Shown: positions 48,681 to 59,384, counted from the stretch's first letter. The stretch is 64,000 nt of DNA from Verrucomicrobiia bacterium (GCA_031290985.1 JARLJW010000094.1:2368-66367), one strand, 5' to 3'. Numbers and translations: made by a program. Notes: generated by a model from the letters alone, not told the origin.

Positions 48681-49484
48681 CTACGAACTTGCGCTCGTGT
48701 AACGCCGGATCGAGTACCGCCAGAACCATTCCGAAATGCACGCCCACACCGCGCCCACGCCCAGCAACAGCAGCCACGACCACGGCGAACTGATCTTGTC
48801 CGCCAGCACCCGGACCGGCACGTTGCTCACCAGCAACACCGGCAGCGCAAACGTGAACACCGCCTTAAAAACACGCGCCTTCGTAAACGCCTCATCCGGC
48901 ATCCGGGCGATGTTGAACAGGTTGTAATAGCCCCACACGATCCCCTGCGCCCGCACCGTCCAAAAACTGATGGTCGCCAAAATGAACATCAGCGAGTAAT
49001 GGATTAATATCCCCACCATACAGAGCGTGCTGAAGCCGCACAATTGAACAAACGTTGGATGCACCCCCGCCTTGTGCGCCGCATACACCAGCACGCTAAG
49101 CCCGAACGCCGCATTGATGAACGCCCCCAGATCCACCACCCGCAGCGACACCAGAAAACGCGTGTTGATCGGCAGCGCCAGCAGGAAATCCATCTTCCCC
49201 GTCCGCACCAGCTCCGACAACCCCGTGCAGTTCGTCAGGAAAAACGCCTGGAACACCTGCTGGATAAAATTGCTCGCCCCGATCAGCATCACCATCTGCC
49301 ACTGCGTCCAGGTGCCCACCGAATTCGTCTGCGAATAGATCACCGATACAAAGGTCAGTTGCAGCCCGAACCACAGCAGCTCCACGATGATCCACAGGAT
49401 GAAATTTCCCTTGAAAGACATCTCGCGGGCCACGGAATTCTTCCACAGCGCGGCGTAAATCGTCCAGTAACGTCTCAGATTCAT
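48681..49484 (-). CDS. ABC-2 family transporter permease (DUF990 / ABC2_membrane_6 type), 267 aa
   Basis: MNLRRYWTIYAALWKNSVAREMSFKGNFILWII...RTGKMDFLLALPINTRF; six predicted TM segments. Confidence 0.75.
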   Translation of the reverse strand: MNLRRYWTIYAALWKNSVAREMSFKGNFILWIIVELLWFGLQLTFVSVIYSQTNSVGTWTQWQMVMLIGASNFIQQVFQAFFLTNCTGLSELVRTGKMDFLLALPINTRFLVSLRVVDLGAFINAAFGLSVLVYAAHKAGVHPTFVQLCGFSTLCMVGILIHYSLMFILATISFWTVRAQGIVWGYYNLFNIARMPDEAFTKARVFKAVFTFALPVLLVSNVPVRVLADKISSPWSWLLLLGVGAVWACISEWFWRYSIRRYTSASS

Positions 49485-49593
49485 CAGCGGTCAAAATAAA
49501 CGGCTTTGGCCGATGCGCAAGCAGTCATCATGGTGCACTTGACATTTTGAGGGCATGGCTTATCGCTTTAAAAGCCTGTTTGGGAATTAAAAC

Positions 49594-50583
49594 GTGGCCA
49601 ACCGCCCCCATATCGAACCCTCTTTCCTTGCTTCGCCAAGGCTGTCCCCCGCGGAAGTCTGGCCCGTGAGCCGGAAACCCTGTGCCGCAGGGCCTCATCC
49701 TGATGCAAATGCCTTCACGCTCATGGAGCTTTTGGTTGTGATTGCCATCATCGCCATTCTCGCCGGGATGCTCCTGCCGGCGTTGGCCCGCGCCAAAGAG
49801 CGTGCCCGGGCGACAGCCTGCCTCAATAATTTCAGGCAACTTGGCATTACCACAAAACTTTACATTGATGATGAACGGGGCCGATTTCCCAGAAAGTGGA
49901 TTCCACGGGTCGACTTGGCGGATGGCCAGCCGATCGGAGGCAACTGGAACGACCAATACACGCCGGGCGGTACCAACGCCCTGCCTGAATGGATGGACGA
50001 GGATGGTGAAGCGCCACCGGCACAATTTCGCCCATTGAACTTGTATGTGCTCCCGCCAAATATCTACCGGTGCCCGGAGGATGCGGGGATGCCGGCAAAC
50101 GGGATCACACCCTCCAACTGGGCTGCTCTGGGATGCAGCTATCAATACAATGCCGGGCAGTTAATATATCCCATCGCCGGAAACCTGCCCCCTGATGATT
50201 CTCAGGCAGGACCACATCGCCCGTTCGCCGCCCCGTTTGCGGATAAAAGCCAGGAGTTTGCTGACAAACCCGAGTCGTGGGTGACCGATCCAGCCCGGCA
50301 GATCATTTATTTTGAGCCTCCTGCCCGTATTTATGGCTCGTATTCACTGTTTCAGCCGCGCACTCCCTGCAGGTGGTATCAATGGCACTACGCGAAACGC
50401 GCCCCAGAATTCCTTGATCCTTCTTTTGCGAGTGGCTCCCGGTTTGTGAGCCCGATCCAGTTCGTGGACGGACACGCCGCCATCGAGGATTTCACGCCGA
50501 TGATTTTAGGAGATCCTTGGTTCCCCTACAAGCCAACCTCCAATTGGCGCTGGTATAAATCGGGCGATGACAACCCTGAGTGA
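49594..50583 (+). CDS. DUF1559-like protein with a prepilin-type N-terminal methylation motif
   Basis: Motifs [44 protein letters not shown] and, at the C-terminus, ...[12 protein letters not shown] start at 49594 (alternative GTG near 49666). Confidence 0.78.
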   Translation: MANRPHIEPSFLASPRLSPAEVWPVSRKPCAAGPHPDANAFTLMELLVVIAIIAILAGMLLPALARAKERARATACLNNFRQLGITTKLYIDDERGRFPRKWIPRVDLADGQPIGGNWNDQYTPGGTNALPEWMDEDGEAPPAQFRPLNLYVLPPNIYRCPEDAGMPANGITPSNWAALGCSYQYNAGQLIYPIAGNLPPDDSQAGPHRPFAAPFADKSQEFADKPESWVTDPARQIIYFEPPARIYGSYSLFQPRTPCRWYQWHYAKRAPEFLDPSFASGSRFVSPIQFVDGHAAIEDFTPMILGDPWFPYKPTSNWRWYKSGDDNPE

Positions 50584-50885
50584 AAGCCGGTAACCCGTCA
50601 AGGAGGGGCTAAATTTTCCCGCCGTGCCACGTCTACAGTCAGGCAGCGTCGCAAATTCATCGGCCCTCAAAATGAACGTCTTTAGCCGGTTCGCAAGGCG
50701 CTTAACAAACCTGCCTCATCCGGCTTTAACCGCCCGCATCCCTTCCGTAATTGATCCTTCTGGGCGGGCGCCAAATGTGCTAATAAATCCATGTCGCCGG
50801 TGTCATGCCTTGTATGAAAAGCACCCCGCTTGCCTTTTTAACCCGTCCGGGCAAATCGTTCCGCGCCCAAACCCGCTCCACGACC

Positions 50886-51236
50886 ATGCCCCGCATCAGT
50901 TCCCTATTGCTTCTCGCCGCGTACTTTTGTTGCCTCGGCTGCCAGAGCGTCAGCCCGGAAAATCAGGCGATGTGGCAAAAATATCACCAGATCAAACCCG
51001 GCATGACGCGTTCGCAGGTGCTTGCCATTCTGCCCCCCACCGGTACGGTTCAACGCGCCTCCACTCCGGGCGATGCCATGGAGGTTTGGCGTTGCAGCAG
51101 CTCCCATCCTGACGTGAAAACCGGCGTGGCCATGAACTTCATCAGCCTGTGCGTAACGTACGGGCCGAATGGACGGGTGAAGCAAGCGGACCGTGAAGTT
51201 CACTCCTTAAAGGCCGGGATCCTGTTTAAACCGTGA
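50886..51236 (+). CDS. Small lipoprotein, SmpA/OmlA (BamE-like) motif
   Basis: ATG 50886 gives MPRISSLLLLAAYFCCLGCQS (lipobox), followed by IKPGMTRSQVLAIL. Confidence 0.5.
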   Translation: MPRISSLLLLAAYFCCLGCQSVSPENQAMWQKYHQIKPGMTRSQVLAILPPTGTVQRASTPGDAMEVWRCSSSHPDVKTGVAMNFISLCVTYGPNGRVKQADREVHSLKAGILFKP

Positions 51237-51537
51237 TGCCGGCGACCGGCCAGATGCTCATTGCGACGTCCGCACCCGGTAAAATTTATCGCCCCCCAAT
51301 CCGCCGCTCTTCACCCCGTGATCGGTGAATTTGAAAGTGCCGCAAGTGGAGGCGATAATGTTAAAACAGCGGCGAACAAACCATTCCTTTGACCCTGCCG
51401 CTCCAACTGCAATACCTCTGCACCGGTGCCGAGATGACGGAGGCGCAGTCGCCGAACCTGCGGCAACAGCTCGGCGGCGGTTCGCGCTGGCTTTTCCTCT
51501 GACCGCTGGCACCGGGCCGCCAGATGGCCGGCGAAAA

Positions 51538-54183
51538 TCAAGCCCCATCCAGGCAATCTCGGATGGTTTGCGCGAGTTTGTGCGACTGAAACGGTTTGGG
51601 GAGAAAGTTAACCCCCTCTTGCAGCAGAAAATCCTTGCCGATGACTTCCGCGCTGTAGCCGCTCATGTAGATCACTTTCAATCCGGGGCTTTCCTGCTGG
51701 ATGCGTTCCGCCAGCTCTTTTCCGGTCATGCCATCAGGCATCACCAAATCCGTCAGCAACAAACGTATTTCATCGCGGTTATGCCGCCACACTTCCAGGG
51801 CTTTGATCCCCGTCGGTGCTTCCAAGATGCGGTAGCCGAGCTGTGCCAGGGCTTTGCGCACGGTGACCCGCAGTGACGGATCGTCTTCCGCCAGCAAAAT
51901 GGTCTCGTGCCCCCCGCAGACAGGCGCCACATCCCTGGGGTCGGACTTTGCGCCGGCATTTTGGGCCAGTCGCGGCAGGTAAATCCGGAACGTCGTGCCT
52001 TGGTTGATTTCGCTGTAGACATTGATCCAGCCATCATGCTGCTGCACGATGCCAAACACGGTCGCCAGCCCCAGACCCGTGCCTTTGCCGACTTCTTTGG
52101 TGGTAAAGAAGGGTTCGAAAATTTTTGGCAACATTTCCGTGGGAATGCCCCAGCCGGTGTCGCTCACGCTCAGGCACACATAAGAACCAACCCGCGCCGA
52201 GGCCGACTGGCGGGCCGCAAACTCATCGAACTCCACGCCGGCGGTCTCAATGACCAGCCGTCCGCCCCGGGGCATGGCGTCGCGCGCGTTCACCGCGAGG
52301 TTCAACAAAATTTGATCCATCATACCCGGATCTGCGCGGATGAACATCGCTTGCGGCGGCGGCTTGAATTCCAGCTGGACCTCTTCACCCAGAATGCGCC
52401 TTAACATTTTGGTCGTGTTGGCGATGGATTCATTCAGATCCAGATCGCGCGGTTGGAAAACTTCGCGCCGGCTGAATAACAGCAGTTGACGCGTCAGGCT
52501 GACGGCGCGTTGAACCGTAAGACAAATCTCCTCGGCAAACTCCGATTGCTCGGCGGAAAGCCCGCCGCTGCTCTGCAATAATGCGGTCTGCAACTGGATG
52601 ACCGCCAGAATATTGTTGAAATCATGCGCCACCCCGCCGGCCAACTGGCCGATGCCCTCCATCTTTTGCATATGGCGGGCCTGCGTTTCCAGTTGCACTT
52701 CCCGCGTCACGTCGCGCTTGACCGCCACGTAACTGATGACCTTGCCCTCGGTGTCCCGCAGGGGCGAGATGGTGGCCTCCTCCTCGTAAATCTTGCCATC
52801 CTTCCGTTTATTGATGAAATGTCCCTTCCATACTTCACCGCACTTGAGCACGTCCCACATCTTTTGGTGAAACCCGATTTCCTGTTTGCCGCTCTTCAGG
52901 ATGCGCGGGTTCTGGCCGATGGCCTCCGCGCGGGTGTAGCCGGTGATCTTCTCAAACGCCGGGTTGACGTAAATGATCTGGCCATCCGTGTCGGTGATCA
53001 CAATGGTCTCGCTGGCTTGCTCCACCGCCATCGCCAGCCGGGCATGGATGGCCTCCGCCTGCTTGCGCTCGGAGACGTCGCGAACCGAGGCGATCAAGTA
53101 ATCGCGCTCCAGCTTGACGTAGCGGATATTGACCTCGACGGGAAAAGTCGAACCATCTTTTCGTCTATGCCGGCCCTCGATGAACATCAAGCCCGCCTGG
53201 CGGATTTTTTCCACATGTTCGTGCCACGTTGAAAAATCCAGCGCCACGTTTTCCAGGTCCGACACCCGCATGGCCAGCAATTCCTCGCGGGCATACCCCA
53301 CCTGCCGGCAGGTGGTGTCATTGACATCCAGAAAGCGTCCGGTTTCCGGATCGACCACCTCAATCCCGTCACTTGACCGGTCAATCAACGCCCGGAACAT
53401 CCGCGAGGCGGCCTCGGCCCGTTTCCGTCCGCTGATGTCACGCAATCCCACCAGCAGCGCGGTCTGTCCTTGGAATTGAAACCGCGTGGAACAGCCCTCC
53501 ACCTCCACAACCGAGCCATCCAGCCGCAGAAACTTCTCCTCCAGCAACGGCAGCGCCTGTTCCTGCCCCCCCGCTTGGGCAATGCGATCGCGTACGACCT
53601 GGTGAAAATCCGGGTGGATGAAGCCGAAGACATCCCGGCCCAGTAATTCCGCCTCACGGCCCGCGCCCAGCAGCCTGAGCGTCGCTTGGTTGACCAAAAC
53701 AAACCGGCCCTGCTGCAGGACAAAAATGGCGTCGGGCGAAGTTTCCACCACCTTCCGATATTGGCCCTCGCGTTCCAGCAACGCCGCTTCGGCCAACTTG
53801 CGCTGGGTGATGTCCGTGCGGATGGCGACGTATTGGCGTGGCTTGCCGTCTGCGCGGAGAAACGGAACAATGGTCGTGTCCACCCAGTAAAAAGTGCCGT
53901 CCTTCGCCTTGTTTTTGATTTCCCCCTTCCAGATCCTGCCCTGCGTGATGGTCGTCCATAAATCGCGCATATATTCCTTCGGGTGAAAACCGGAATTGAT
54001 CAGGCGATGATCCTGCCCCAACAACTCCTCCCGGGAATATTTTGAGATCGCGCAAAACTTGTCGTTGACGCTGGTAATTCTGCCCTGCGGGTCGGTGATG
54101 GCCACGATGGCGTGCGCATCCAGCACGGCTTTCAGGTCGTCCAATTCCTTGAGCGGAGTTGTCGATTGTTCATCTATCCGCAT
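51538..54183 (-). CDS. Hybrid sensor histidine kinase (multiple PAS domains, HisKA, HATPase_c, C-terminal receiver)
   Basis: About four PAS/PAC units (for example [22 protein letters not shown]). H-box [12 protein letters not shown]-boxes DTGWGI and GTGLGLATV. Receiver domain ILLAEDD...[14 protein letters not shown]. Confidence 0.9.
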   Translation of the reverse strand: MRIDEQSTTPLKELDDLKAVLDAHAIVAITDPQGRITSVNDKFCAISKYSREELLGQDHRLINSGFHPKEYMRDLWTTITQGRIWKGEIKNKAKDGTFYWVDTTIVPFLRADGKPRQYVAIRTDITQRKLAEAALLEREGQYRKVVETSPDAIFVLQQGRFVLVNQATLRLLGAGREAELLGRDVFGFIHPDFHQVVRDRIAQAGGQEQALPLLEEKFLRLDGSVVEVEGCSTRFQFQGQTALLVGLRDISGRKRAEAASRMFRALIDRSSDGIEVVDPETGRFLDVNDTTCRQVGYAREELLAMRVSDLENVALDFSTWHEHVEKIRQAGLMFIEGRHRRKDGSTFPVEVNIRYVKLERDYLIASVRDVSERKQAEAIHARLAMAVEQASETIVITDTDGQIIYVNPAFEKITGYTRAEAIGQNPRILKSGKQEIGFHQKMWDVLKCGEVWKGHFINKRKDGKIYEEEATISPLRDTEGKVISYVAVKRDVTREVQLETQARHMQKMEGIGQLAGGVAHDFNNILAVIQLQTALLQSSGGLSAEQSEFAEEICLTVQRAVSLTRQLLLFSRREVFQPRDLDLNESIANTTKMLRRILGEEVQLEFKPPPQAMFIRADPGMMDQILLNLAVNARDAMPRGGRLVIETAGVEFDEFAARQSASARVGSYVCLSVSDTGWGIPTEMLPKIFEPFFTTKEVGKGTGLGLATVFGIVQQHDGWINVYSEINQGTTFRIYLPRLAQNAGAKSDPRDVAPVCGGHETILLAEDDPSLRVTVRKALAQLGYRILEAPTGIKALEVWRHNRDEIRLLLTDLVMPDGMTGKELAERIQQESPGLKVIYMSGYSAEVIGKDFLLQEGVNFLPKPFQSHKLAQTIRDCLDGA

Positions 54184-54371
54184 GGCTTTCCTTTGCGGCT
54201 GCCGGGGATGTCCCCGATGATGTGTTTATTGCCAGCGACGGCGTGGTCGCTGCCGCCCGGAATGAAGTTATAACTTTTCTCCCCCGCATACCTTTGAGAA
54301 ATTTGCTTTAACAAGTTCTCACTCTTGACGCCATAAGCAAGTCTTTTCCAGTTTTGCCGGCCGCTGGGCTG

Positions 54372-55748
54372 TCACTTTTCAAAAAACGCCACCAGTTCGT
54401 CGTACAGGCCGGTGCGGTTGGCGTAGGCGGCGTAGCTGCGCGCGGTCTCCAGCCATTCATTGGTGGAAGGGCGCGTCTCTTTCAAGGCCTCCATGAGCAT
54501 GGCCTGGGTGAGCTTGCCAGCCTGGCCGGTCCGCATTTCCTGGAAGATCGCTCTTTCGGAAGCGCGCTCCACGATCGCGCGCAGGTCCGCACCCGAAAAT
54601 CGGTCGGTCATTTTGACAATCTTGCCCAGATCAACTTTTTCCACCGGCAGATCACGCAGGCAGATCTTCAAGATGGCCTCCCGCGCCGGCGCATCCGGCG
54701 GCGGCACGAACAAGACCCGGTCAAACCGGCCCGGACGGCGCAGCGCATCATCCACGCGCCACGGCGTGTTCGTCGCGGCCAGCACCATCAGGTTTTCATT
54801 CTTGCCGGTGATGCCGTCCAGTTCGGTCAGCAGCACATTGACCAGCGGGGCCATGGCTGACGACGCGTCGGACCGGCTTACGCCAATGGCATCCATCTCG
54901 TCGATGAAAATGACGGCGGGCGTCCGGCGGCGGGCCGTTTCGAAAAATTGGTGCAGCCGCTGCTCGCTCTCCCCCAGCCATTTGGAAAGGATGTCCGTGA
55001 TGGCGATGGTCATGAACGCCGCGCCACACTCACCGGCGGTCGCGCGGGCGATGTGGGTCTTGCCGCAGCCCGGCGGGCCGTACATCAAGATGCCGCCGCC
55101 GGATTTCTTGTTGAACTTTTTGAACACCTCCGGGTTCTTGAACGGATAAATGATGTTCATCCGGATGCGCTCGATGACCTCCGTCATGCCGCCGATGTCG
55201 TCAAAGGTGATTTTCGGCGCTTCCGGTCCGGCGATGATGTCAGGCAGCGGCGCGGCTTCCTGCGCCAAAATCCCCACCGGCGGATCATCGACGCCATCGG
55301 CGGCCACCGGCGGCGCGGCCGTTGGCGGCGCTGCTTTGGGGGGCGACGGCGGCTGGCTGTCGCCCAGCCACGCTTCCAGTTCTTCATCATGCAAGGACTC
55401 GTCGATGATCGTGGCCGCGCCGTATTTTTTCCGGGCTTCCTCGCGCAATCCGCGTTTGTGGAAAATTTTCGCGAGCAGCAGATAAGCCTGCGCGCAGGCC
55501 TTGTTCCGCGTGAGCACGCGCTCCAAGGTCAGTTGCGCCTCCGCCGGGGCGGTCTCCATCTCCACGCGGGCCTTGCGCAACGCGTCGGCCTCGGTGTCAG
55601 GAATTTCCGGGGCGGCCTTCAGCAGTTCCGCCGCGCGCTGCGGCCGGCCGGCGGCGAGATGCGCATCAATCAGGTGGGCGCGCGTCTCCCAATCGCCCGG
55701 CGAGGCGGTCAGGGCCTTTTCAAGCAGCTTCAGCGTTTGGTCATTCAT
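54372..55748 (-). CDS. TPR-domain classical AAA+ ATPase (CDC48/FtsH-type AAA module)
   Basis: ILMYGPPGCGKTHIA (Walker A), VIFIDEMDAIG (Walker B), and the second region of homology ATNTPWRVDDALRRPGRFDR. N-terminal TPR-like helices and a Pro-rich linker. ATG 55748 lies 5 nt after the upstream gene's stop. Confidence 0.85.
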   Translation of the reverse strand: MNDQTLKLLEKALTASPGDWETRAHLIDAHLAAGRPQRAAELLKAAPEIPDTEADALRKARVEMETAPAEAQLTLERVLTRNKACAQAYLLLAKIFHKRGLREEARKKYGAATIIDESLHDEELEAWLGDSQPPSPPKAAPPTAAPPVAADGVDDPPVGILAQEAAPLPDIIAGPEAPKITFDDIGGMTEVIERIRMNIIYPFKNPEVFKKFNKKSGGGILMYGPPGCGKTHIARATAGECGAAFMTIAITDILSKWLGESEQRLHQFFETARRRTPAVIFIDEMDAIGVSRSDASSAMAPLVNVLLTELDGITGKNENLMVLAATNTPWRVDDALRRPGRFDRVLFVPPPDAPAREAILKICLRDLPVEKVDLGKIVKMTDRFSGADLRAIVERASERAIFQEMRTGQAGKLTQAMLMEALKETRPSTNEWLETARSYAAYANRTGLYDELVAFFEK

Positions 55749-55753
55749 GATGC

Positions 55754-57001
55754 TCAGGTGTGGCGGCGGAAAATCTGCCACCATCTTCGCTTTTTTAAGC
55801 CGGGATGCAAAATATTTTCAAACCGTCTGGCCCGCTTGCGTGCGGCGGCGGCCCTGACCCGCTGCTTTAGCTTGGCCCGCAGCCAGGCAGCCGCCAGCAG
55901 AAAAATGATGATCGCAAATAACACCACATACAACACCACGGCATCGTCGCGGCTTGGCAACCCGGCATTGTTCATGACCGCGAAAACCAGGCCGCCCCAG
56001 AACAAGACCAGAATGACCGCAAAAAGCGACAGCCGCACATTCACGGACCATTTCCGATAGCCGAACAAACCGCCGCGCCGCGCCCCCAGTTCGCCCGCCT
56101 GCGCGCGGATGTCCCCGATCGTCAGGTACTCGTAAACCTTGGTCAGCGGCCAAACCAGCGTGAACCACAGCGCCAGGCCGGTCAGGATGAAGCGAAAGGC
56201 GATCAGCCAGACTGGGATCATCAACAGGTACAGCAATATGTTCCGCCGGCCCACCCTGGCAAAACCGCCCAGCAGCTTAAACAGCATGTCCTTCGGCGCA
56301 CAGAGCGCGCGATAGAACGCATCCCGCTGCTTGACCGTTATCAGCAGGTTCCGCTGGAAAAGTTTGACCGATGGATTGAAGAACAGCGCCCGCCGGAAAC
56401 ATTCCTCGGCCTTCGCCTGGTCCTTCAGCGCCAGATATTGCACCCCGATGTTGTTGTGGAGGTAGGCGTTTTCCGGGTCCAGGGCCAGGGCCTCCTCGTA
56501 ACGCCGGATTTTTCGCGGCACCATGTCGGGACTGTTCGGCTCGCACAGGATGACCAGGTTGAGGATGTCCGGGTCGCGCGGATTCAGCTCCCGCGCCTTC
56601 TCCGCGGATTTTCGGGCCGTCACCGAGTCACCTTGCTGATAGCTCATCCGCGCCAGGTGATGCCAATGAAAGGCATCCTGCGGATCGATGGCGATCGCCC
56701 TTTGGATGGATTCATCCGCCTGCTTGAACCGCTTTTCTTGGAAATGAACCATGGACATCAGCCGGTGGGCAAAACCATCGTTGGGTTTTCCGGCCAGAAC
56801 CTTTTCAAGATGCGTCCGCGCCTCCGCGTGGCGTTCCAGGTTCACCAGCGACTGGGCTGCGGCTCGGTGGGCGCGCACATTTTCCGGCTCCTTGCCCAGC
56901 CATTCCCGCGCCGCGCTCAGCGCCCGATCCCACTGCTTGCTGGAAATGAACCGCTGCGTGAGAACCCCGTAATCGGGCGCATCAGTTCCCTCAGAATTCA
57001 T
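55754..57001 (-). CDS. TPR-repeat protein with C-terminal transmembrane segments
   Basis: N-terminal TPRs (AHRAAAQSLVNLERHAEARTHLEKVL and similar) and about 4 hydrophobic helices in the last ~170 aa. Confidence 0.72.
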   Translation of the reverse strand: MNSEGTDAPDYGVLTQRFISSKQWDRALSAAREWLGKEPENVRAHRAAAQSLVNLERHAEARTHLEKVLAGKPNDGFAHRLMSMVHFQEKRFKQADESIQRAIAIDPQDAFHWHHLARMSYQQGDSVTARKSAEKARELNPRDPDILNLVILCEPNSPDMVPRKIRRYEEALALDPENAYLHNNIGVQYLALKDQAKAEECFRRALFFNPSVKLFQRNLLITVKQRDAFYRALCAPKDMLFKLLGGFARVGRRNILLYLLMIPVWLIAFRFILTGLALWFTLVWPLTKVYEYLTIGDIRAQAGELGARRGGLFGYRKWSVNVRLSLFAVILVLFWGGLVFAVMNNAGLPSRDDAVVLYVVLFAIIIFLLAAAWLRAKLKQRVRAAAARKRARRFENILHPGLKKRRWWQIFRRHT

Positions 57002-57356
57002 GGGCAGGCATTATCAAAAGACCGGATCAACAATCAAACCTTAACTCTTAGCCGGGACGATCCGGCCACGGCGTCGGCTGCTGACCAGGAAACCTCACCG
57101 CTCGTGGTTGTAATACACGCGTAAAAGCTTGGCGACCACCAGCGCGAGAATCAGGCTGAATCCGACCACGCACACGAACGTTTTAGCGCTGCGGGTCTGC
57201 TGCCAGTCCTGCTGCCGGGGGAACAGCATCCGGCCCAGGAAAAAGAAAAATCGTTCCATCAGTGGCATAAATCAAAATCAAATCATCCTCATTGATACCA
57301 GCAGCTTAAGGTACCAAAAAAGCCATCGCCAAGCCAGCCCAATCTGGCTGCGGCTC

Positions 57357-58160
57357 TCATCCCCCGAAGGCGGAATACTTCTTCACCCCGCGCGCCCACA
57401 TGAACCGGGCGAAGGCGTACGCCAGCAGCACCCAGAGAAATTGCACCAGCAGCCCGCGCCACAAGTCCACCCCGGCAACCTTGCCCATGTAGATGCTGAT
57501 CGGGAAGTAAAGCTGATACGGAAACGGCGTCAGAAACAGGATATCCCGCAACAGCGGCGGCAGCACGTCGAGCGGAAACAGATGGCCGCTGGCCAGGTAT
57601 TCAAACGCAAACAGGATGAAGATGAACGTGGAAATCTCCAGCAGCCAGAACGCCAGCATGGCCATCGCGTACGAGATGAAAAATTGCAGCAACGCCGTCA
57701 GCACCAGCGAGACCGGGAACAGCCAGGCGGTACCCGCCGCTGGCGCGACAAAATAGCCGCGGAAACAAAAGATGAAAATCCCCAGCGGAATGCACGCCAT
57801 CGAGATGAACGCGATGCGCCCGGAAATGAACAGACAAAGCCGGTACCACAGATAATCCACGGGTTTGAGCAGGAACTGGCTGATGTTGCCCTCGCGGATG
57901 TCCGCGGCGATCTGCCAGTCATCCTCGTTCACGGCGGTGAAGACATCCACCACCGCGACGAGCATGTAATAAAATATGATCTGCGCCTCGCTGAAACCGT
58001 TGTGCGCCCCCGCCCCGCTGTTGCCGGCGTAGATCATCCGCCACAGCGAAACCATCGCAAAGAGCGGAATGAAGCTGAACAGCGTCCGCGTCAGGTAATT
58101 GACGCGGTACTGCAGATTATTTTGCAGGCCGATGCCGATGACATGCAGATATTTTTTCAT
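57357..58160 (-). CDS. ABC-2 family transporter permease (DUF990 / ABC2_membrane_6 type), 267 aa, partner type of 48681..49484
   Basis: ATG 58160 gives MKKYLHVIGIGLQNNLQYRVNYLTRTLF...REGNISQFLLKPVDYLWY. The track ORF start 58298 overlaps trxB. Confidence 0.75.
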   Translation of the reverse strand: MKKYLHVIGIGLQNNLQYRVNYLTRTLFSFIPLFAMVSLWRMIYAGNSGAGAHNGFSEAQIIFYYMLVAVVDVFTAVNEDDWQIAADIREGNISQFLLKPVDYLWYRLCLFISGRIAFISMACIPLGIFIFCFRGYFVAPAAGTAWLFPVSLVLTALLQFFISYAMAMLAFWLLEISTFIFILFAFEYLASGHLFPLDVLPPLLRDILFLTPFPYQLYFPISIYMGKVAGVDLWRGLLVQFLWVLLAYAFARFMWARGVKKYSAFGG

Positions 58161-58185
58161 CCGCCAAAAAGGCGTGCAGATTCGC

Positions 58186-59115
58186 TCACTGGTTTTCCGC
58201 CGCGAGATACCGCTCCGCATCGATCGCCGCCGCACAACCCACGCCCGCCGCCGTGATGGCCTGGCGATAGACGTGATCGGCGCAATCGCCCGCCACAAAC
58301 ACGCCGGGGATGTTCGTCATGGTGCCTTCCTGCGGCACGATGAAGCCGTTTTCATCGGTCTTGATGGCCGGCTTGAACAGGTCCGTGTTCGGCACATGGC
58401 CGATGGCGACAAACAGGCCCGCGCACGGCAGCACCGTTTCTTCGTTGGTCTTAAGATTTTTCAACCGCACGCCGGTGACCTTGTCCTGTTTCACATCAAG
58501 CACTTCCAGCACGGCAGAATCCCAGATGGGCTTGATCTTGGGATTGGACAACGTGCGCTCCGCCATGATCTTGGAGGCGCGCAAAGAATCGCGCCGGTGC
58601 ACCAGATAAACCGTGGAACCAAAGCGCGTCAAATACATCGCCTCTTCACAGGCGGAATCACCGCCGCCAACAACCACGAGCGGCTGGTTCCGGAACATCG
58701 GCAGCGCGCCGTCGCAGGTCGCGCAATAGGTCGTGCCCTTGTTCTCCAATTCATGCTCTCCCGGCACGCCCAGATGCTTGTGGCTCGCGCCGGTGGCGAT
58801 GATCACGGTCTCCGCCTCGACCTTCTCCCCGTCCACAGTCAGGACAAAGGGTTTTTTGGAAAAATCCGCCGCCTCAACGACGCCAAAACTGGTGCGGGCG
58901 CCAAAACGTTCGGCCTGTTTCTGCATCCGGGTCATCAATTCATACCCATCCACGCCTTCGGGGAAACCGGGGAAGTTTTCCACGATGCTGGTGGTGGTGA
59001 GCAGGCCGCCGGGCTGCTTGCCAGTGAGCACGAGCGGGGCAAGCTGCGCGCGGGCGGTGTACAGCGCCGCCGTCCAGCCTGCCGGTCCGGAACCGATGAT
59101 GACAACTTTTTCCAT
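58186..59115 (-). CDS. trxB: Thioredoxin-disulfide reductase
   Basis: Motifs VVIIGSGPAGWTAALY, the redox-active CATCDG, and GGGDSACEEA. Confidence 0.93.
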   Translation of the reverse strand: MEKVVIIGSGPAGWTAALYTARAQLAPLVLTGKQPGGLLTTTSIVENFPGFPEGVDGYELMTRMQKQAERFGARTSFGVVEAADFSKKPFVLTVDGEKVEAETVIIATGASHKHLGVPGEHELENKGTTYCATCDGALPMFRNQPLVVVGGGDSACEEAMYLTRFGSTVYLVHRRDSLRASKIMAERTLSNPKIKPIWDSAVLEVLDVKQDKVTGVRLKNLKTNEETVLPCAGLFVAIGHVPNTDLFKPAIKTDENGFIVPQEGTMTNIPGVFVAGDCADHVYRQAITAAGVGCAAAIDAERYLAAENQ

Positions 59116-59249
59116 AGGCCGCGCAAGTTAAACTTAAGAACGGGTGGTTGCAAGTTTGGGGCGCGACAAAAAACCCGGCGGGCCACCCCATTTCCAGGTT
59201 GCGCGAGGCGGCATATTATGGCAATCCTATGGGCGTCCGACAAATGGAT

Positions 59250-59325
59250 GGGGTCTTAGCTCAGTTGGTAGAGCGTCTCGTTCGCAATGAGAAGGTCAGG
59301 AGTTCGAGCCTCCTAGGCTCCACCA
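59250..59325 (+). tRNA. tRNA-Ala (anticodon CGC), CCA encoded
   Basis: Manual cloverleaf fold. Acceptor GGGGTCT/AGGCTCC includes the G3:U70 Ala identity pair. D-arm GCTC-AGTTGGTA-GAGC. Anticodon arm TCTCG-TTCGCAA-TGAGA. T-arm AGGAG-TTCGAGC-CTCCT. Confidence 0.9.
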
Positions 59326-59347
59326 AATTTTTTGGTGGATTTAAACC

Positions 59348-59384
59348 GCCCGCATATTCATCAATGAATATGCGGGTTTCTTTT
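59348..59384 (+). terminator. Intrinsic terminator after tRNA-Ala
   Basis: 12-bp stem CCCGCATATTCA / TGAATATGCGGG with a 4-nt loop, followed by TTTCTTTT. Confidence 0.65.

Noticed and set aside
51237-51537. A 300-bp gap between the small lipoprotein gene and the hybrid kinase, with track ORFs 51258..51548 and 51311..51556
   Set aside because: The ORFs overlap the kinase 3' end or lack a credible start. Their translations are Ala/Arg/Gly-rich with no motif, and I found no hairpin or repeat convincing enough to annotate.
57095-57229. A 44-aa ORF on the minus strand (MLFPRQQDWQQTRSAKTFVCVVGFSLILALVVAKLLRVYYNHER) with one hydrophobic helix, in the gap between the TPR gene and the ABC-2 permease
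   Set aside because: It is plausible as a small membrane protein, but there is no recognisable family, no clear ribosome-binding site and no supporting conservation visible from this window alone. It is too weak to call.
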